A stretch of 63,761 nt of DNA, filler included, from Choristocarpus tenellus KU-1152 (lineage: Eukaryota > Protista > Phaeophyceae): the NCBI GenBank assembly GCA_964200185.2. It is 10 parts of 10 records of this genome, joined end to end, with 100 filler letters (N's around TTAATTAATTAA, not from the genome) between each part and the next. Parts side by side here need not be neighbours in the genome. Positions count along the whole stretch, not along the records: positions 1 to 12,271 come from CAXNAD020001899.1; 9 more parts are not named here. The stretch is one strand, 5' to 3'. Under the pieces are notes generated by a model. It was not told the DNA's origin. It worked only from the letters and a program-made list of their open reading frames with translations, and did no database searches. Below are positions 1 to 12,371 of the stretch, piece by piece. The translations under genes and the position numbers were made by a program. Every line of letters starts with the position of its first letter. Position 1 is the first letter of the stretch.

Positions 1-48
1 CCACCCCAACGAGCCGGGCTTCAACCCACAAAGGCACTTTGGCTCTGA

Positions 49-192
49 TCATTTGGGCCATAACCAGGAAAAAAAAAAAAAAAAAACTTGCATTATCCAT
101 CCGACATATGCAACTAAATCACCCAAAAATTGCGACATGAAAACATTGGCCCCAAATGGACAGCCGCCACCCCCCCCAAATAAATTTGAGCC
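49..192. mobile_element. MITE family A, partial copy at window start
   Basis: Internal sequence tatccatccgacatatgcaactaaatcacccaaaaattgcgacatg and poly-C end match other A copies. Confidence 0.75.
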
Positions 193-617
193 ACCTGCAG
201 TCTGAATTCAGTGGCAGACCTACACATATCTCTCTCAACAAAGTCAAGTCAAGACCAAGGGTTAGGATGCATGGCTCGAAAAATGTCAATATATGTAAGA
301 CAGGACTGAAAAAAATCATAATTTACAGCTTTAAAGTGATGAAAAGCTTCTGTGGTTGAGGGGCAGTACTTGGGCATCTCTTGCTCAAACATAAGACACT
401 CTAAGTAACGTTTACCCCAGTAAAACAGCCTGTGATAAACTTTCAGATAATTGGATGAGTCATCCTTCCCTCTTGCTCTCTCTTTGACATGATTGCACAT
501 GTCTCCCTCTTTCCTGGTTGCAAATTAGCCCTATCCTGCTTCTCTTCTTGTTCTCTAGAGAGCATCATCCTATTGGAGAACTTGACCTTTTGCCCCTTTG
601 TCTTTCTTCCCAATCAG

Positions 618-3600
618 ACTTGTACCCTGAGTGGGCTCTTGCCAGCCTTCCCCATGTCCCTAGCGACCTGACAAGTGCAGTGGTTTCTGCGCTCATGGAG
701 ATAAATTCGACACATTCAGCAGCTCAGGCAGGGGGCTATTCCACTTGGGACCCTCCACTGTCGTACTCAAGTGTCAGGTAGAATTACATTTCTTAGTATG
801 CTGATTAAGCCTTCTTCCATAGAGGAGACTGGAAGTGGTCTGAGATCCTGTGGTTATTTTTTCTCTTCCTCATTCCCAACTTAAGCGCACCTCGGACAAA
901 AAGTGCTCAATGCTGGTGTTGCCCTAGAAGGCTTGGTCAATTTGGCCAGTAACTTTTGTCATCACGACAGCTCTTGAGCCATTTGGTCTACAATTTCAGT
1001 TTTCCAGCACAATACCTTGGGCTATAGTCTCCTTAGCATCTGTTGTCAGAACAATGAAGAGGGGCAATTGCTCTCTGTAATGTCTGTTGCCGATAGCAAT
1101 ATTTAGGGCCATTTTCTCCCTTGTATGTATAAACTATTTTCCAGTACAATACTTGGTGCCATTTTCTACATAGCCCCCATTGGTGGCTCTTTAGGACAAA
1201 TGAAAAAAATCATCACCAAACTGAGGCCTCTCCTTGCACCAAACAGCTTAATATAGTGTTCCCATTTTTTTTCTTTCCAACTGCTTCACTTACTCTTCCT
1301 TCCCCCACCTTCACTAAAACTTATGGAGTCAATACCATATTTTGAGATCCAGGGGATTAGTGAATACTTATTGCAATAAACCTGTGAGAGTTCATTGGCA
1401 CACGTTCTTCCACGGCCAAAATCCATATATACCACCACACTTGGGAGACTTTATGTTTATTCATATAAAGCCGGCCGTTTAGGACAACATGTAGATTCCA
1501 TTTGTCAGTAATGTAAATCGATATAAAATATTTGTTCTGAAATGTCTGTTGCTTAGGGAATACTCAGACCTATTTCCTCTGTAGTTTGTGTTACCCAGGG
1601 GAAACCTAAAGGTCATCTGCGTTACATTGCCTGTACTCTGGGCAAACACTTGTCGCATATGCCACGAAATTATAAAATTTGTGTTGTGAATAATACGTTT
1701 TCCAAGTTATGCAACTTCCCAACGTTGCTTGTGAAAGAACAACGGGATATCACATCAGTACTGGTTGTGGATGCTGCTGTAGTAGAGTTGTGAATCAGCA
1801 ACACTAGCCTATTGTGTGTTTTCATTCGGTGTCAATCGTTTCGTGATAGTGATAGCTGGAAAAATATTCAAGGTTGATTTTGAATGCCTTGGTGTGCATT
1901 GTATGCGATGGTGCCACGAGACGAGAGTTTTCCCAGCACCACTACAGAGAGGGTTGAGACTTTGTCTCAATCTGCTTCATATTCGTGGTGAAGATGAATG
2001 GATCATTCTACAATATATACTGACCCATATCAGCATTAGAGTTGGGTCAGAACAAGAGAAATTGTACTTCGGTATTCCTTTTAATGATACATTCAAAGCA
2101 ACCCACAAACTTTGGATATTGCAGGAATTCCAAAGAGGAATTTTCTTCTTGCTGTGCAGTGCAATACACTACTCAACTCTGAAGCGCGATTGTTTTTTCC
2201 ATTGCAGACTTCTCCCTGGTAGTCACACTATAGTAAACAACTCCACCCAGAGTAGTTGAATGGAGAAAACTAACACTAAATCATCTTTTCAATCCTCAAA
2301 TGTACTTGTTCCCAATTGACCATCGTTTACCAATCATGTTTTGTATTGCAGGGTTATCAGGCTGAACAGATTTAGTTGTGTCAGGGAATAACTTTGCACA
2401 ATGCGTGTGATGTTGAATTCTCAGTATTTCAGGGGTTTCTGCTTGAATATGTTTGTACCCTGTTCACCTACTTTGGTCAGAGATGAAGGGTAACAATAGT
2501 ACCAATATATTGTGATCCTTGTTTTGAAGAAGCAGTAATCATAGATGAGTGTTGAGGTAGACCTTCATAACGCCAATACTGCGGGATTTGAATGATTGGG
2601 ACATGTTCCTACTCCCTGAGTTGTGGCGCGAAAATATTTTAACATTGAAGCGCACATGTTTACTTCCTGATACAACATCAAGCACCACAGGCACATGAAA
2701 ATCCAAAAACCAGGGGCATACTGATTGCCATAACTGTCTCAGTGCAGAAGTGCCACATGTACCAAACCATCCAAAATGATGTGTACTGAGCACTGATGCA
2801 TATATACAGTATGCATGCCACAACTATAGTAATTGTGTAATAAGTGTTGAAAAATGGGATGTGTACCATTGCTGACGGCGCATCTTGTTAGATCTATGTT
2901 ATGCCATCCCAAGATTGGAGGGATAATATTCCCTTTTGGGGTGCACCTAACACCCTCGAACCTGCCGTGTTGAACAGTAAAATAGGGGACCAAAAGGAAA
3001 CCAACCTACCTACTGTACACATTTGCACTTTAATTTGTAACTGTATCAAATGGTTGAGGGCTGCCCTGGTATCATAAGTCATTCAATAGTAACGAGTATC
3101 AGATTAACTCAACTTATATATGCTCACCACAATTACACAGGTATAGAGTGATATTGTTAAGCTACATCACACTGTAGCAAAGGGTGTTGGTATGTATTGC
3201 CACCATTTGTAGTGCTAACACCAAAGCCTTAGCATTTGCCACTTTTGCTCTACTATATGCTAATGACTCTGGCAAGGTTGTGGTACAAGGTCTTTCCAAT
3301 TTTGTGACGTATGTCCTTCAAAGTGCATTTTTGTTGTTTTGGAGCTCTATTCTTGAAATGTTTTACTAGTCTCAGCAAGGATATACTGATTTCCTTACAT
3401 GATGTCCCATATTGCCCAATACATCCTTGGAAGCGATATTTTTACTAGCAATATATTACTTTAACCTCCGTAATAGATGTGGAGGGTCTTCATATTTGAG
3501 AAATCCCATCTATTGAAGCACCCCAGATGAGAGTTGCTGTGGATATCATCTATACTGGAGGCCTATTGGATGAAGCAATGCACTCAGCTCCCTACGAGAA

Positions 3601-6600
3601 TGGAGCTTTCAGAAGAATGATGGATACCTCAAGCTCTGTCGTGATACAATAGCGTACTTTTCTTGCTCAATACCTGATGACTTCCACATATTCAGAAGGC
3701 TCTAGCTGGACTGAATAGAGTGTTGATGTGAGGGAACATGGTTGCTCAAATATTTTTGTTTTGCCTCTCGTTGTAATACAGTAACTTCATTTCAGGCAAG
3801 AGTAAAATTCAGTAGTCTGCCGTCTCAATTCACTCAGTCCTGAATGTGCTTTGATTGTATCTCCCACATGACTCTGCATGCTTTATCCTCAAGGACACTG
3901 CAGTTACGTATAGGTTTTTTGGATCACCTCAGTGGTCGTTGCCTGTCCAGCGCAGATTTATATGAGTCCATTGTGTGCCCAGATGGATACTACAGGGTTC
4001 CAGAAGAATCCCTTGCAGCACAGTGTGATGATGTACAATGTACGTATGTACTTGGTGAGCAAGACTTGGTGGCTTATTGGGAAAGCGATTTTTTTTCAGT
4101 AGATTGAGTTGGACGCCTTTGTGTAAATTGCATCAATGCAACAGTCCAGAGGAATAGGGATGAGGCTGCGCAACAAATAAGGGTTTGATATTTTACAGTT
4201 GTACCAGTTGCTTGCATTTAGATGCAGCCCTAAAGCTTCGATGCAGTCGATCTGCAAGGTCACTAGTGCTGTGCAAGTGCTAATGTGAATGTGTCATTGC
4301 CCCGATTGTCTTGCATTTCTAAGAATTTCCTTAGCCCAGAGCGACTGGACAGGCTGTGCTGTGTAGTAGGTTGTCCAGTAGAGCGGGGAACGACCTTGAC
4401 TAATGGCTTAACTTGGTATACTCATACAGTTGATGATGCACACCACAGTGGCTTGTTTCTGACAAAAGGGATGGAAACCTCCATTGACTCCTTTCTTAAG
4501 GGTAGCTCTTGCTCTTCATTCTTATTGCCCTTCACATACATATCCCATCTCTGTTATATCTCCCTGCTTACCTCCCCCCAAGTGGACTGTCCAGATGGTT
4601 ATGACTGCCTGTGTCAGCCTTGCACACCTGTATCCAGGTATGAGTTTGAAGTCTTTGGTTCAAACGAAGCCATCTCAGCCAGGACATTCTGTAGGAAGAT
4701 GGAGCGATGTCTGGAAGGGGTGCTAAGTCATCAGAACCTGAGACTGGCAGTCATTGATAACTGGAGCCCTGCCCGTGATGTGTTACAGCTACCATCACCA
4801 TCAACTCTTGAGATTCATATCATTCAAGGGGCTTCAACGATTTGCTATGTCCCTGGCAATATGGTTACATTTGACTGCATTGCAAGTAAGTCATCTGGAG
4901 GTGGAGGGGCTCCAGCACTATCAACGTCCTCAAGCATGTATAACTTCTCAGTTGCTGTTGGGCATGCAGGGAGTTCCCTTATGCGAATACTTGCTAATGG
5001 CGAGGATATTGAAACTTCACCAACCATCCTGGATATTGCTGAAAGACCTTGCTCAATTTATTGGGAGGTATCGGACTGCTTCAAAAATGCTTCCCGGAAT
5101 GTAGTGTTCTCTATCAAGGAAGGGCTAGAGGATCTTTGTGAGGGGTTCGTGTATGTCCCTGAGGATTACCATGTGGTGGGTACCATGCAATGGCAGAGAA
5201 GGATGAATCCCAAACCTAGCCCTAATCCTCATAATATCACATTTTCACGGATCTTGAAAGTCCACACAGGCTGAATCATATATATGAGTGCTAAACAAGC
5301 ATCTACTTTGTCTAATAAAACTTCGTAATTGAGTCCTGTAGTGTCAATCTTCTTGCGTCAAGAGCCGTAGCTTGCTAAAGAGTGCCCACATCCATCTCTG
5401 GACTATTTTCCCCCTGCTGAATGACGTTACATGTACCACCAATTCATGTGCCTAATGAAATGTCATTTTCTTGTTAATAGAAGACTGTCTCACTCTTTGC
5501 CAAGTGTTTATGTGTAAGATAATCTACTGGAGCAGAGTTCTCCTTTACATTGGAGTGTTACAAGGAGAAACCATATTGAGGAGTTCATTGGACTTAGTGT
5601 TTTCTTGACTTTGAGCAACTTGCCTCAACTTAGAATTTGCTTTGAGCCAGAGTAAACAATTGTACTCAGGTTTGGTCGTTTTGCATTTTAATCACATTTT
5701 TCTCCTTTTGCAGCTCACACGTATTTCTATGGATTAAGTTCTAAGTTTGATTTAAGAGCTTTTATTTCTCTATTGTTTGAACGTCCTCTAACACAAATCA
5801 GAAAATATCTTACACACATTTGCAAAATAAATCCAAAATTTACACACATCTTCGTCAGCATCCCTAAATTCAACTCTGGATACCTCTCATTTACTTCGAC
5901 TCTTAAACCTGTTTCTTCAACCAATGCTTTGAAATGAAATTATCAAGGTCAAAAGCCAGCTATGCTGCAAATAGTTCCTATTAATGAGATTTCTATCATG
6001 CTACTGATGTAACCACACTTACTCACATACTATGAAACAACTCTTTTGACAAACATAATTATAATGTTGGTTGCACAGGATTGTAATTACGCACCCGTTG
6101 GGTCCACAACCTACGCTGTTGTATCTGCCACAGCCATTGTGTCCATCACCACTGCAGCTATATTTGCATTGTGGACATTAAAATATAGGTAAGGTGTGGA
6201 AAACTGTGGGAGCTTCTGTTAAAGTGTTTGTGGTTTCATCTGCTGTCTGTTGATACTGAAGCTAAATGGTACTGTGCTAAACCTCCTTTGCATTTGATAG
6301 GGAAAGTCAGCCACTGAAAGCAGCACAAGCAAAGGTCCTTGTAATTTTTGCAGTGGCTAGTGCTGTGATCTGTGCGAGCACTCTTGTGAATCTTGGCTAC
6401 CCATCCAATGCATCATGTGTAGCGGACCCAATTCTTCACCACACTGGGTGGTCACTGGTGGTGTCAGCCCTGACTGTGAAGATGTGGAGAGTGTGGAGCA
6501 TTTTCACACAAAAAAACCTTCGCCGAAGATCAGTCTCCATTCAAGTTGTATACATGTAAGTTTTATTGCCTTGCAATGTAGAGCGTATACCACATAGACT

Positions 6601-9600
6601 CTATAGATCTCACAGGCGTATGAAGCAGGCCCTGGTGATGTGGTAACGACAGAGGATTTCAAATGTATCATTAATAGCACTGTGTTTTGAAAGAAGAGCA
6701 GTATTGTCCTCATCTAGATGGTATCAACACACTACATGGACAGGGTAGGTTTCTCACGCATATAGCATCGACCTATTTACTTGCAAAATATATTTTTTGT
6801 GTTTCCTGACACTTTTGTTGTATTATGTGGTGTAGGTACATTGGACTTGCTGTAGGCTTCACCTGCATCATCCTCATTGGCTGGATGGTGCATGATGCTC
6901 CACGAGTTGGAATCTCCACCATAGATGAGAACATCTCTGGAACTGGGGTGGCGGTGAGTCACCCTGGCTGTATTGGCAGCCTTGACCTCATCATGGGCCG
7001 TACCCTCAATGCGTACCATGCTGTCATCGTCTTCATTGGTTGTTTCTTCACCATCAAGTCACGAAATGTGGACTCAGCCTGTGAGAAAGGAAAAGGGGGT
7101 AATTGGATTTGTCATATTCTTGCCTCTACATTAATAGAAGCTTCACTGGCAGCATGCAGATCAATGTGTTTGTGCTGGGGGAGGGGTTCAAGTTTTGGCG
7201 TGACACTTATATACTGCTTTGAAGTACTCCAGAGTACAACCCACCGCCCCCTTTTGTGAAACACTGTATCACATAGTGTGTGCCATACAAAATGACAAGT
7301 ATGGATACATATCTCACAATTTCCTAGAGCTAAGTACTTTGGCATACTATTAGGGAACCTGCAGTACCTACCTATTCTTGCCATTTACTTGGATTATTTG
7401 TCTATGAGTCAAAGCAAGAAACGTAACCTTTCTCCTTCGTCTCTGCCTCTCACTTTTCTATGTAGGCAAAATGGGACATATTGGTCCTCATGAGCCGGGT
7501 GATGATGAGTTCAGAGCTTAATTTGTTGGAGTGATATAGATTAAAAATCCTGCACGATGATGACAATTGTACTAAATTGATATTTTGTGTCTCCGAGTGA
7601 TAGAGCAGAGTCATCCAAATATATAGAGTTCTATTTATGTGATAAATATGGGTTAATGTTTCTTGGGTCACAGAAAACAAGGGAGACACAAATTTCACTG
7701 GACCATCCCACCGGACAGGGGTCATGGGCTGGCCATGACCTGGTCCGGTTACAATCTCCAAAGGCTCTGGATTGGCCTTGTTAAAATATATTTCTCCTTG
7801 GCTGGCCTGTGCTTGTTGAAATTCTGACGGCCCTGGACTGTTCCAGTTCAAACATAAATTTCTGGGTCCAGTCCGAGGCCCTGTCTGGTTTTAAACTCTT
7901 ATAATCCTGGATAAGATGATATATTCACTGGGCCAGACCCGTCGATATGAATTAAACTGCCCCGGTAAAATATGTCAGGTCGACCCCTAAGTTGTCCAAA
8001 ATGCAAGCTTGTGAATAAAGGCAATTTTTGTAGACTATTCAGGTAAAAACTCTTCCACCGCAACGATATAATCAACTTCAGGCTCAGAGTATCTGGGGGA
8101 GAGGGGGTCTACACCAGGGTGTCCATTCAGACCCTTACCAGGCGAAGTGCACTTACAGTATCCATCCAACGCATGCAACCAAATCACCCAAAAATCGTGC
8201 CATGGAAAAATGAAAATAAATGAGTGGGCACAGTCAACTTGAGCCACCACCCTCCTCAGATACTTCGAGCCTCAAGTTGACTGTGCCCACTCAGTATCAT
8301 CTCTGTGTAAACAATATCTTCGGCCAGCTCGCAGTCTGGTCCAGCCACAAATTTGGACGGCCCTAGACCCACCATCTTAGACCATTATACATTGGGGCCG
8401 ACCTATGGCCCAGTCCAGTTGAAACCTCTAACGGTCTCGGACTGGCACTGTTTAAACACGTTTCACAGGGTTAGCCTATGGCATTGTCCAGTCAAAATCT
8501 CTGACGGACCTGGACCTGTCCAGTTGGGACGAAATTTGTAGTATTTCAACGGCCTTGATCTGTGGCCAATTACCATCACATTTACCTGCTGACATGAAAA
8601 GCCCATAAAAGGAAGAATAAATAGCTGGTTCATACTTCAATTCTATTCGAAAGAAAGTGCGTCTATATCCCATGCTTCTCAAATTTCTTCAATTCATTAT
8701 GAAGCAATGCCATCCATCATGCTCCAAGATTTTGATAATAAGAAAGCAAAACCATGTCAACATAGACAGAATAGGGGAGGTTGGAGGCAATGCACCCCAT
8801 TGGCTCAGTGTGACATAGAAGCCATTCTATTGGTGTGAACATTGCTTTTGTACCATGTCCCCAACCTCTGAATCTCTTTTTTTTGTTTACAATGGCACTG
8901 CTCTTTTCCACAAATTGAACTTGTTGATCGCCAAATGTGAGCTATGTCATTCGCAACCAAGCACATAATCCATGCCTTTACTATTTAATTCCAAGTAAAG
9001 ATTGACCCAAAACAAAGGTCCACATATGAAACTCATTAGAATCTCTAGGACTTTCTAGGGTATACTGACTGAGTCTGCCTTGAGGACCTATTCTGTCTAA
9101 CTCGTAGCATGCTCCATAACTAGTACTTAAGTATAGCACTCAAGTCTAGACTGCCTGAGGTCTTTAGAAGGAGGGTGCTTGGTAGTACAGGAGAGTCCAT
9201 TACAGATCCTTCGGGTACCACAGTATGGCATAGAGCTGGAGTTGTGGTGTGGAGAAGTGGAAACCGTCTGCTCAATTAAGTAAGTGCTTTGGGTAGCAAG
9301 TGAAAATTTGAGAGATCTGGGATAGTATGCCGTCACCTAGGCCCAAATGATACAGACTTGAATAGAGTTAACATAATACGTCCAAGTACTACGGAGTATA
9401 TTTTTGAAGGACCTACTTGCACTCGGTATTGACAACTTCTTGTTTGACTGGCACTATGCACCCTCTATGTGTATAGTATTGATGAATGGGGACCACATCT
9501 TGACTCCTCTTTTTGAGGGATGTGTTACTCTCTGAAAGCGGTTGGACCACAGCATGGTCTCTAGAAGAAAACTGCTTGAAAATTAGTAACATGGCCTGCT

Positions 9601-10518
9601 TGTCTTTTTGATAGAGAAAATCGACAATGTCCACTTCGAGGGTGCCAAGATTTCCACATGGTTTTTCAAGCCTTTGGTCTGGAGATACTGGACGTTCACA
9701 CCACATGATATCATTAATTTGTCTCTACAGCATGATGAGGCTGGCACTTATTACATAGTCATGCATGTGCTTTGCAACATGCACATGTAAATTTAGGACT
9801 GCAAAACAGGATAATCTTCGAAGCTGTAACAAATCTTTTCTGGGCTAAACCGCACTTCATTGTCATACGGAGCATTCACTGTACAGCACCAATGGATAAT
9901 CTAGATGACCTTCTCAACAACGGTGTAGTGTCCCATGATCAAATATCCTGCCTTACCTTCTCACAACTCGTACTATCTCTTGTTTCACCGTCTTTCTTCC
10001 AAAGACATGGAGAAGAATGCGCTTGGCATGGCTATCTACTCCATAACTCTTATCCTGGGTATTGTAGCTCTAACCACTGTTTCAGCAAACTTGCCCAAAG
10101 CAAACGAGGTGATGTTGTGGGGAGCTGGGACCAACCTGTCAGCTCTCACTTGTCTCCTGAGTCTTTTTATACCGAAAGTCCAGTGGGTTCACTTTCGACA
10201 ATATCAAGTGAGAACAACTTAAGTCTTGGTGATGAAGAACACAGCTTTTGTTCATAGTCCTCACCTCACTGGTGCGAAATACAACGAAATTCAGGTAGTA
10301 GTACAAGAAAGGTTACTTGTGTTCAGGACCCAATAAAAAATAAAGGTTCAAAATTGTCTCCTCCAAAGTCCATGATGTGAGCTTTCCAACGTTTGTTTTT
10401 TTGCCATGGATAGCTCCCCGTCTGTACACAAATGCCTTGAATATCAAATGCTCTGGAGTACTTATGTTTGGGTGAGTTTCTTGAACTGAGTGTTGAGTCT
10501 CTGAAATGCAGCTCCTTA

Positions 10519-10559
<41 letters not shown>

Positions 10560-11291
10560 GGCATACAGCAACTGCCTGCATTGTATTCTAGAGCATACAC
10601 GTGGAAAGAAATAACATAGAAGGAAGAAATAGTTTGAAAATTAAAGGACATTTCCAAAAGGTACTATTTTCACTTCTGATATAAATGAGCCAATATGGCA
10701 CACCCTAGTCAATATAATGCAAGTACCCCGCAACTGTCCCTCACACCTGCCAATCTTATTATTGTGAATCCATGCATCAACCATTGCTTTATTTTTTAGT
10801 TCAAATCAGTTGTTATTCTGCACTGTAGGATGCAAAATAGAGAAATAGGCAATAAGCAGGTGAAATCAAGTACCACCAAAGTGCATTTGGCAATGTTGTG
10901 CAGTTGTCAATCAGTTCCAACATATTGTGGCCAGATGTGCATCTGGGAGTGAGTTTGAAGTGAGAGAGATCCCACATGCCTAGTGCAAGCCTTCCCTTTT
11001 GTGGTGGCAGTCCCAGGGGCATAAAAAAAGCTGGGGTGTTTATTTTCTCTTCCCTGAACAATTCCTTGACAAACAATCCTTACAACTCGTCTTGCCCAGG
11101 TGGCTGATAGTGGAATCATAAGGCCAACCATGGGTCACCCAACACCATCACAGGGTCTATCCTCATCAATGGGACGACTTGCGATAAAGAGTCAGGCAAC
11201 ATCTACTAATCTGACGAGAAACCTTCCATCTACATTTCTCAGTCCAAAGAGGACGAAATATCTCAAGGAAACAGAAACCGAACCGGAATAA
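618..11291 (+). CDS. 5'-partial multi-exon receptor: PhnD/TtrS-like periplasmic-binding segment + Cys-rich + Ig/filamin-like + class C (7tm_3, GABA-B-like) GPCR domain. Exons approx. 618-777, 3894-4039, 4583-5067, 6079-6188, 6301-6555, 6836-7080, 10005-10207, 11100-11291
   Basis: All junctions are GT-AG with matching phases. Motifs: LYPEWALASLPHVP...AAQAGGYSTWDPPLSY (PBP sensor C-terminus); CPDGYDCLCQPC; ILANGEDIETSP; LKAAQAKVLVIF, LTVKMWRVWSIF, KSRNVDSAYMEKNALGMAIY, LSLFIPK (7tm_3 hallmarks). The last exon is less certain. Confidence 0.8.
7690..8560. mobile_element. Degenerate non-autonomous element rich in ggccc/ggtcc/gggccagacc-type short motifs, in a GPCR intron; interrupted by a MITE-A
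   Basis: Many recurrent ggcc(c/t)gg(a/t)c-like motifs; termini not defined. Confidence 0.35.
8081..8271. mobile_element. MITE family A, full copy, TSD TCA
   Basis: TIRs ggctcagagtatctg / cagatacttcgagcc; tca at 8078-8080 and 8272-8274. Confidence 0.85.
8717..9700 (-). mobile_element. Possible decayed LINE-like reverse transcriptase remnant
   Basis: GCIASNLPYSVYVD resembles the LINE RT QGCxLSPxLFxxYxD motif; many stops; extent uncertain. Confidence 0.3.
10521..10557. repeat. (CT)n microsatellite
   Basis: Directly visible. Confidence 0.95.
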
Positions 11292-12213
11292 GCTGTAGTA
11301 CTTTAAATTTAGGCAATGGACCCCCCTCTGAAAATGTCAAAATTAGTTTATTGCAATTTCAGAGTAACAATCCTGTGCTTGGGCAGAATAGGAAAAGCTG
11401 ATCTGTTGGTTGGGGAGCGCACATAGCACTTCTAGGAGATTAAACCTGCACACTTTTGGTCATTTGTAAGTACGATAAGATTTGTGTTGGAAGTACTTTT
11501 TACTAGACCAGATAGTACATTTAAAATTCCAAGCGATTGTTGTGTTGTATGAGTGAATACAATATATATATAAACGAAATTTGTTTTAATAATCTTCACT
11601 TGCCATAAATACTACGATGAGAGTGTGCATGTTAGGAGCATTACTTGTCGATGGAGGTACTCTAAGAGAAGAATTGGATCGGGTAATAGGTGGAGGGAAT
11701 AAACACTGCCATCTCTCTCTCAGGCAGGAGGGATGGTCATGGTGGCTGTCTACTATATTTGCAGGATGTGTACAGAAATAATTTGCACGTAATTTTACTG
11801 GTTCTACACTTCAAGACAATGTCATTGAGTTGTGCCAACCATAAAAATAAGACAGGGTAGGGGGGGTGACTCAAGAAGCAACAACAATTGGACCACTGCT
11901 AGAAAATACAGAAAATCAAACTGTTGTAGAAATGAATAATTAGGGTTAATTCACCACGTGATTATTTTCAAAACACAATTTGGACATCTCATCTTCTCAT
12001 GTACCAAAGCTGATATTTTCGTAATGACAGAGTTGGCTAGCGTAGAAGAGCTCACAAAAATATCTCCACTCTAATAATGCAGGTAGGCGTACCAATCTAA
12101 TAGTTCAAGTACAACATCTTCAGGGAATCAGAGCTCAAAAACAAAAAAGAATTCAAGCTTCATGCTAATCCCCATTTCATGTTCTTGTGCGCCTGGTCGT
12201 TGCGCCAACTACA

Positions 12214-12271
12214 GGCTGAAAGTATCCGGGGAGGGGGGGGTCTACACTAGGGTGTCCATTTGGGCCATGCC
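12214..12271. mobile_element. MITE family A end, truncated by contig break
   Basis: ggctgaaagtatcc + poly-G + tctacactagggtgtccatttgg. Confidence 0.8.
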
Positions 12272-12371
12272 NNNNNNNNNNNNNNNNNNNNNNNNNNNNN
12301 NNNNNNNNNNNNNNNTTAATTAATTAANNNNNNNNNNNNNNNNNNNNNNNNNNNNNNNNNNNNNNNNNNNN
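12272..12371. other. Artificial contig linker (N44-TTAATTAATTAA-N44). Identical linkers at 21452-21551, 33230-33329, 37342-37441, 41872-41971, 44840-44939, 51068-51167, 53796-53895, 60855-60954
   Basis: Nine identical 100-nt spacers carrying a six-frame stop core. Confidence 0.97.

Noticed and set aside
2340-2520. Helitron/Pif1 helicase remnant (CQGITL) in GPCR intron 1
   Set aside because: Single short motif among stops; insufficient without a search.
4285-5274. 329-aa ORF as a standalone gene
   Set aside because: Only 4583-5067 is exon; the rest is open intron sequence.
12158-12180. U6 snRNA-like catgctaatc match
   Set aside because: Only ~10 nt; the ACAGAGA box and flanks are absent.
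12316-12327. Recurring palindrome TTAATTAATTAA as a biological repeat
   Set aside because: Always centred in an identical N spacer; it is an assembly concatenation linker with stops in all frames.
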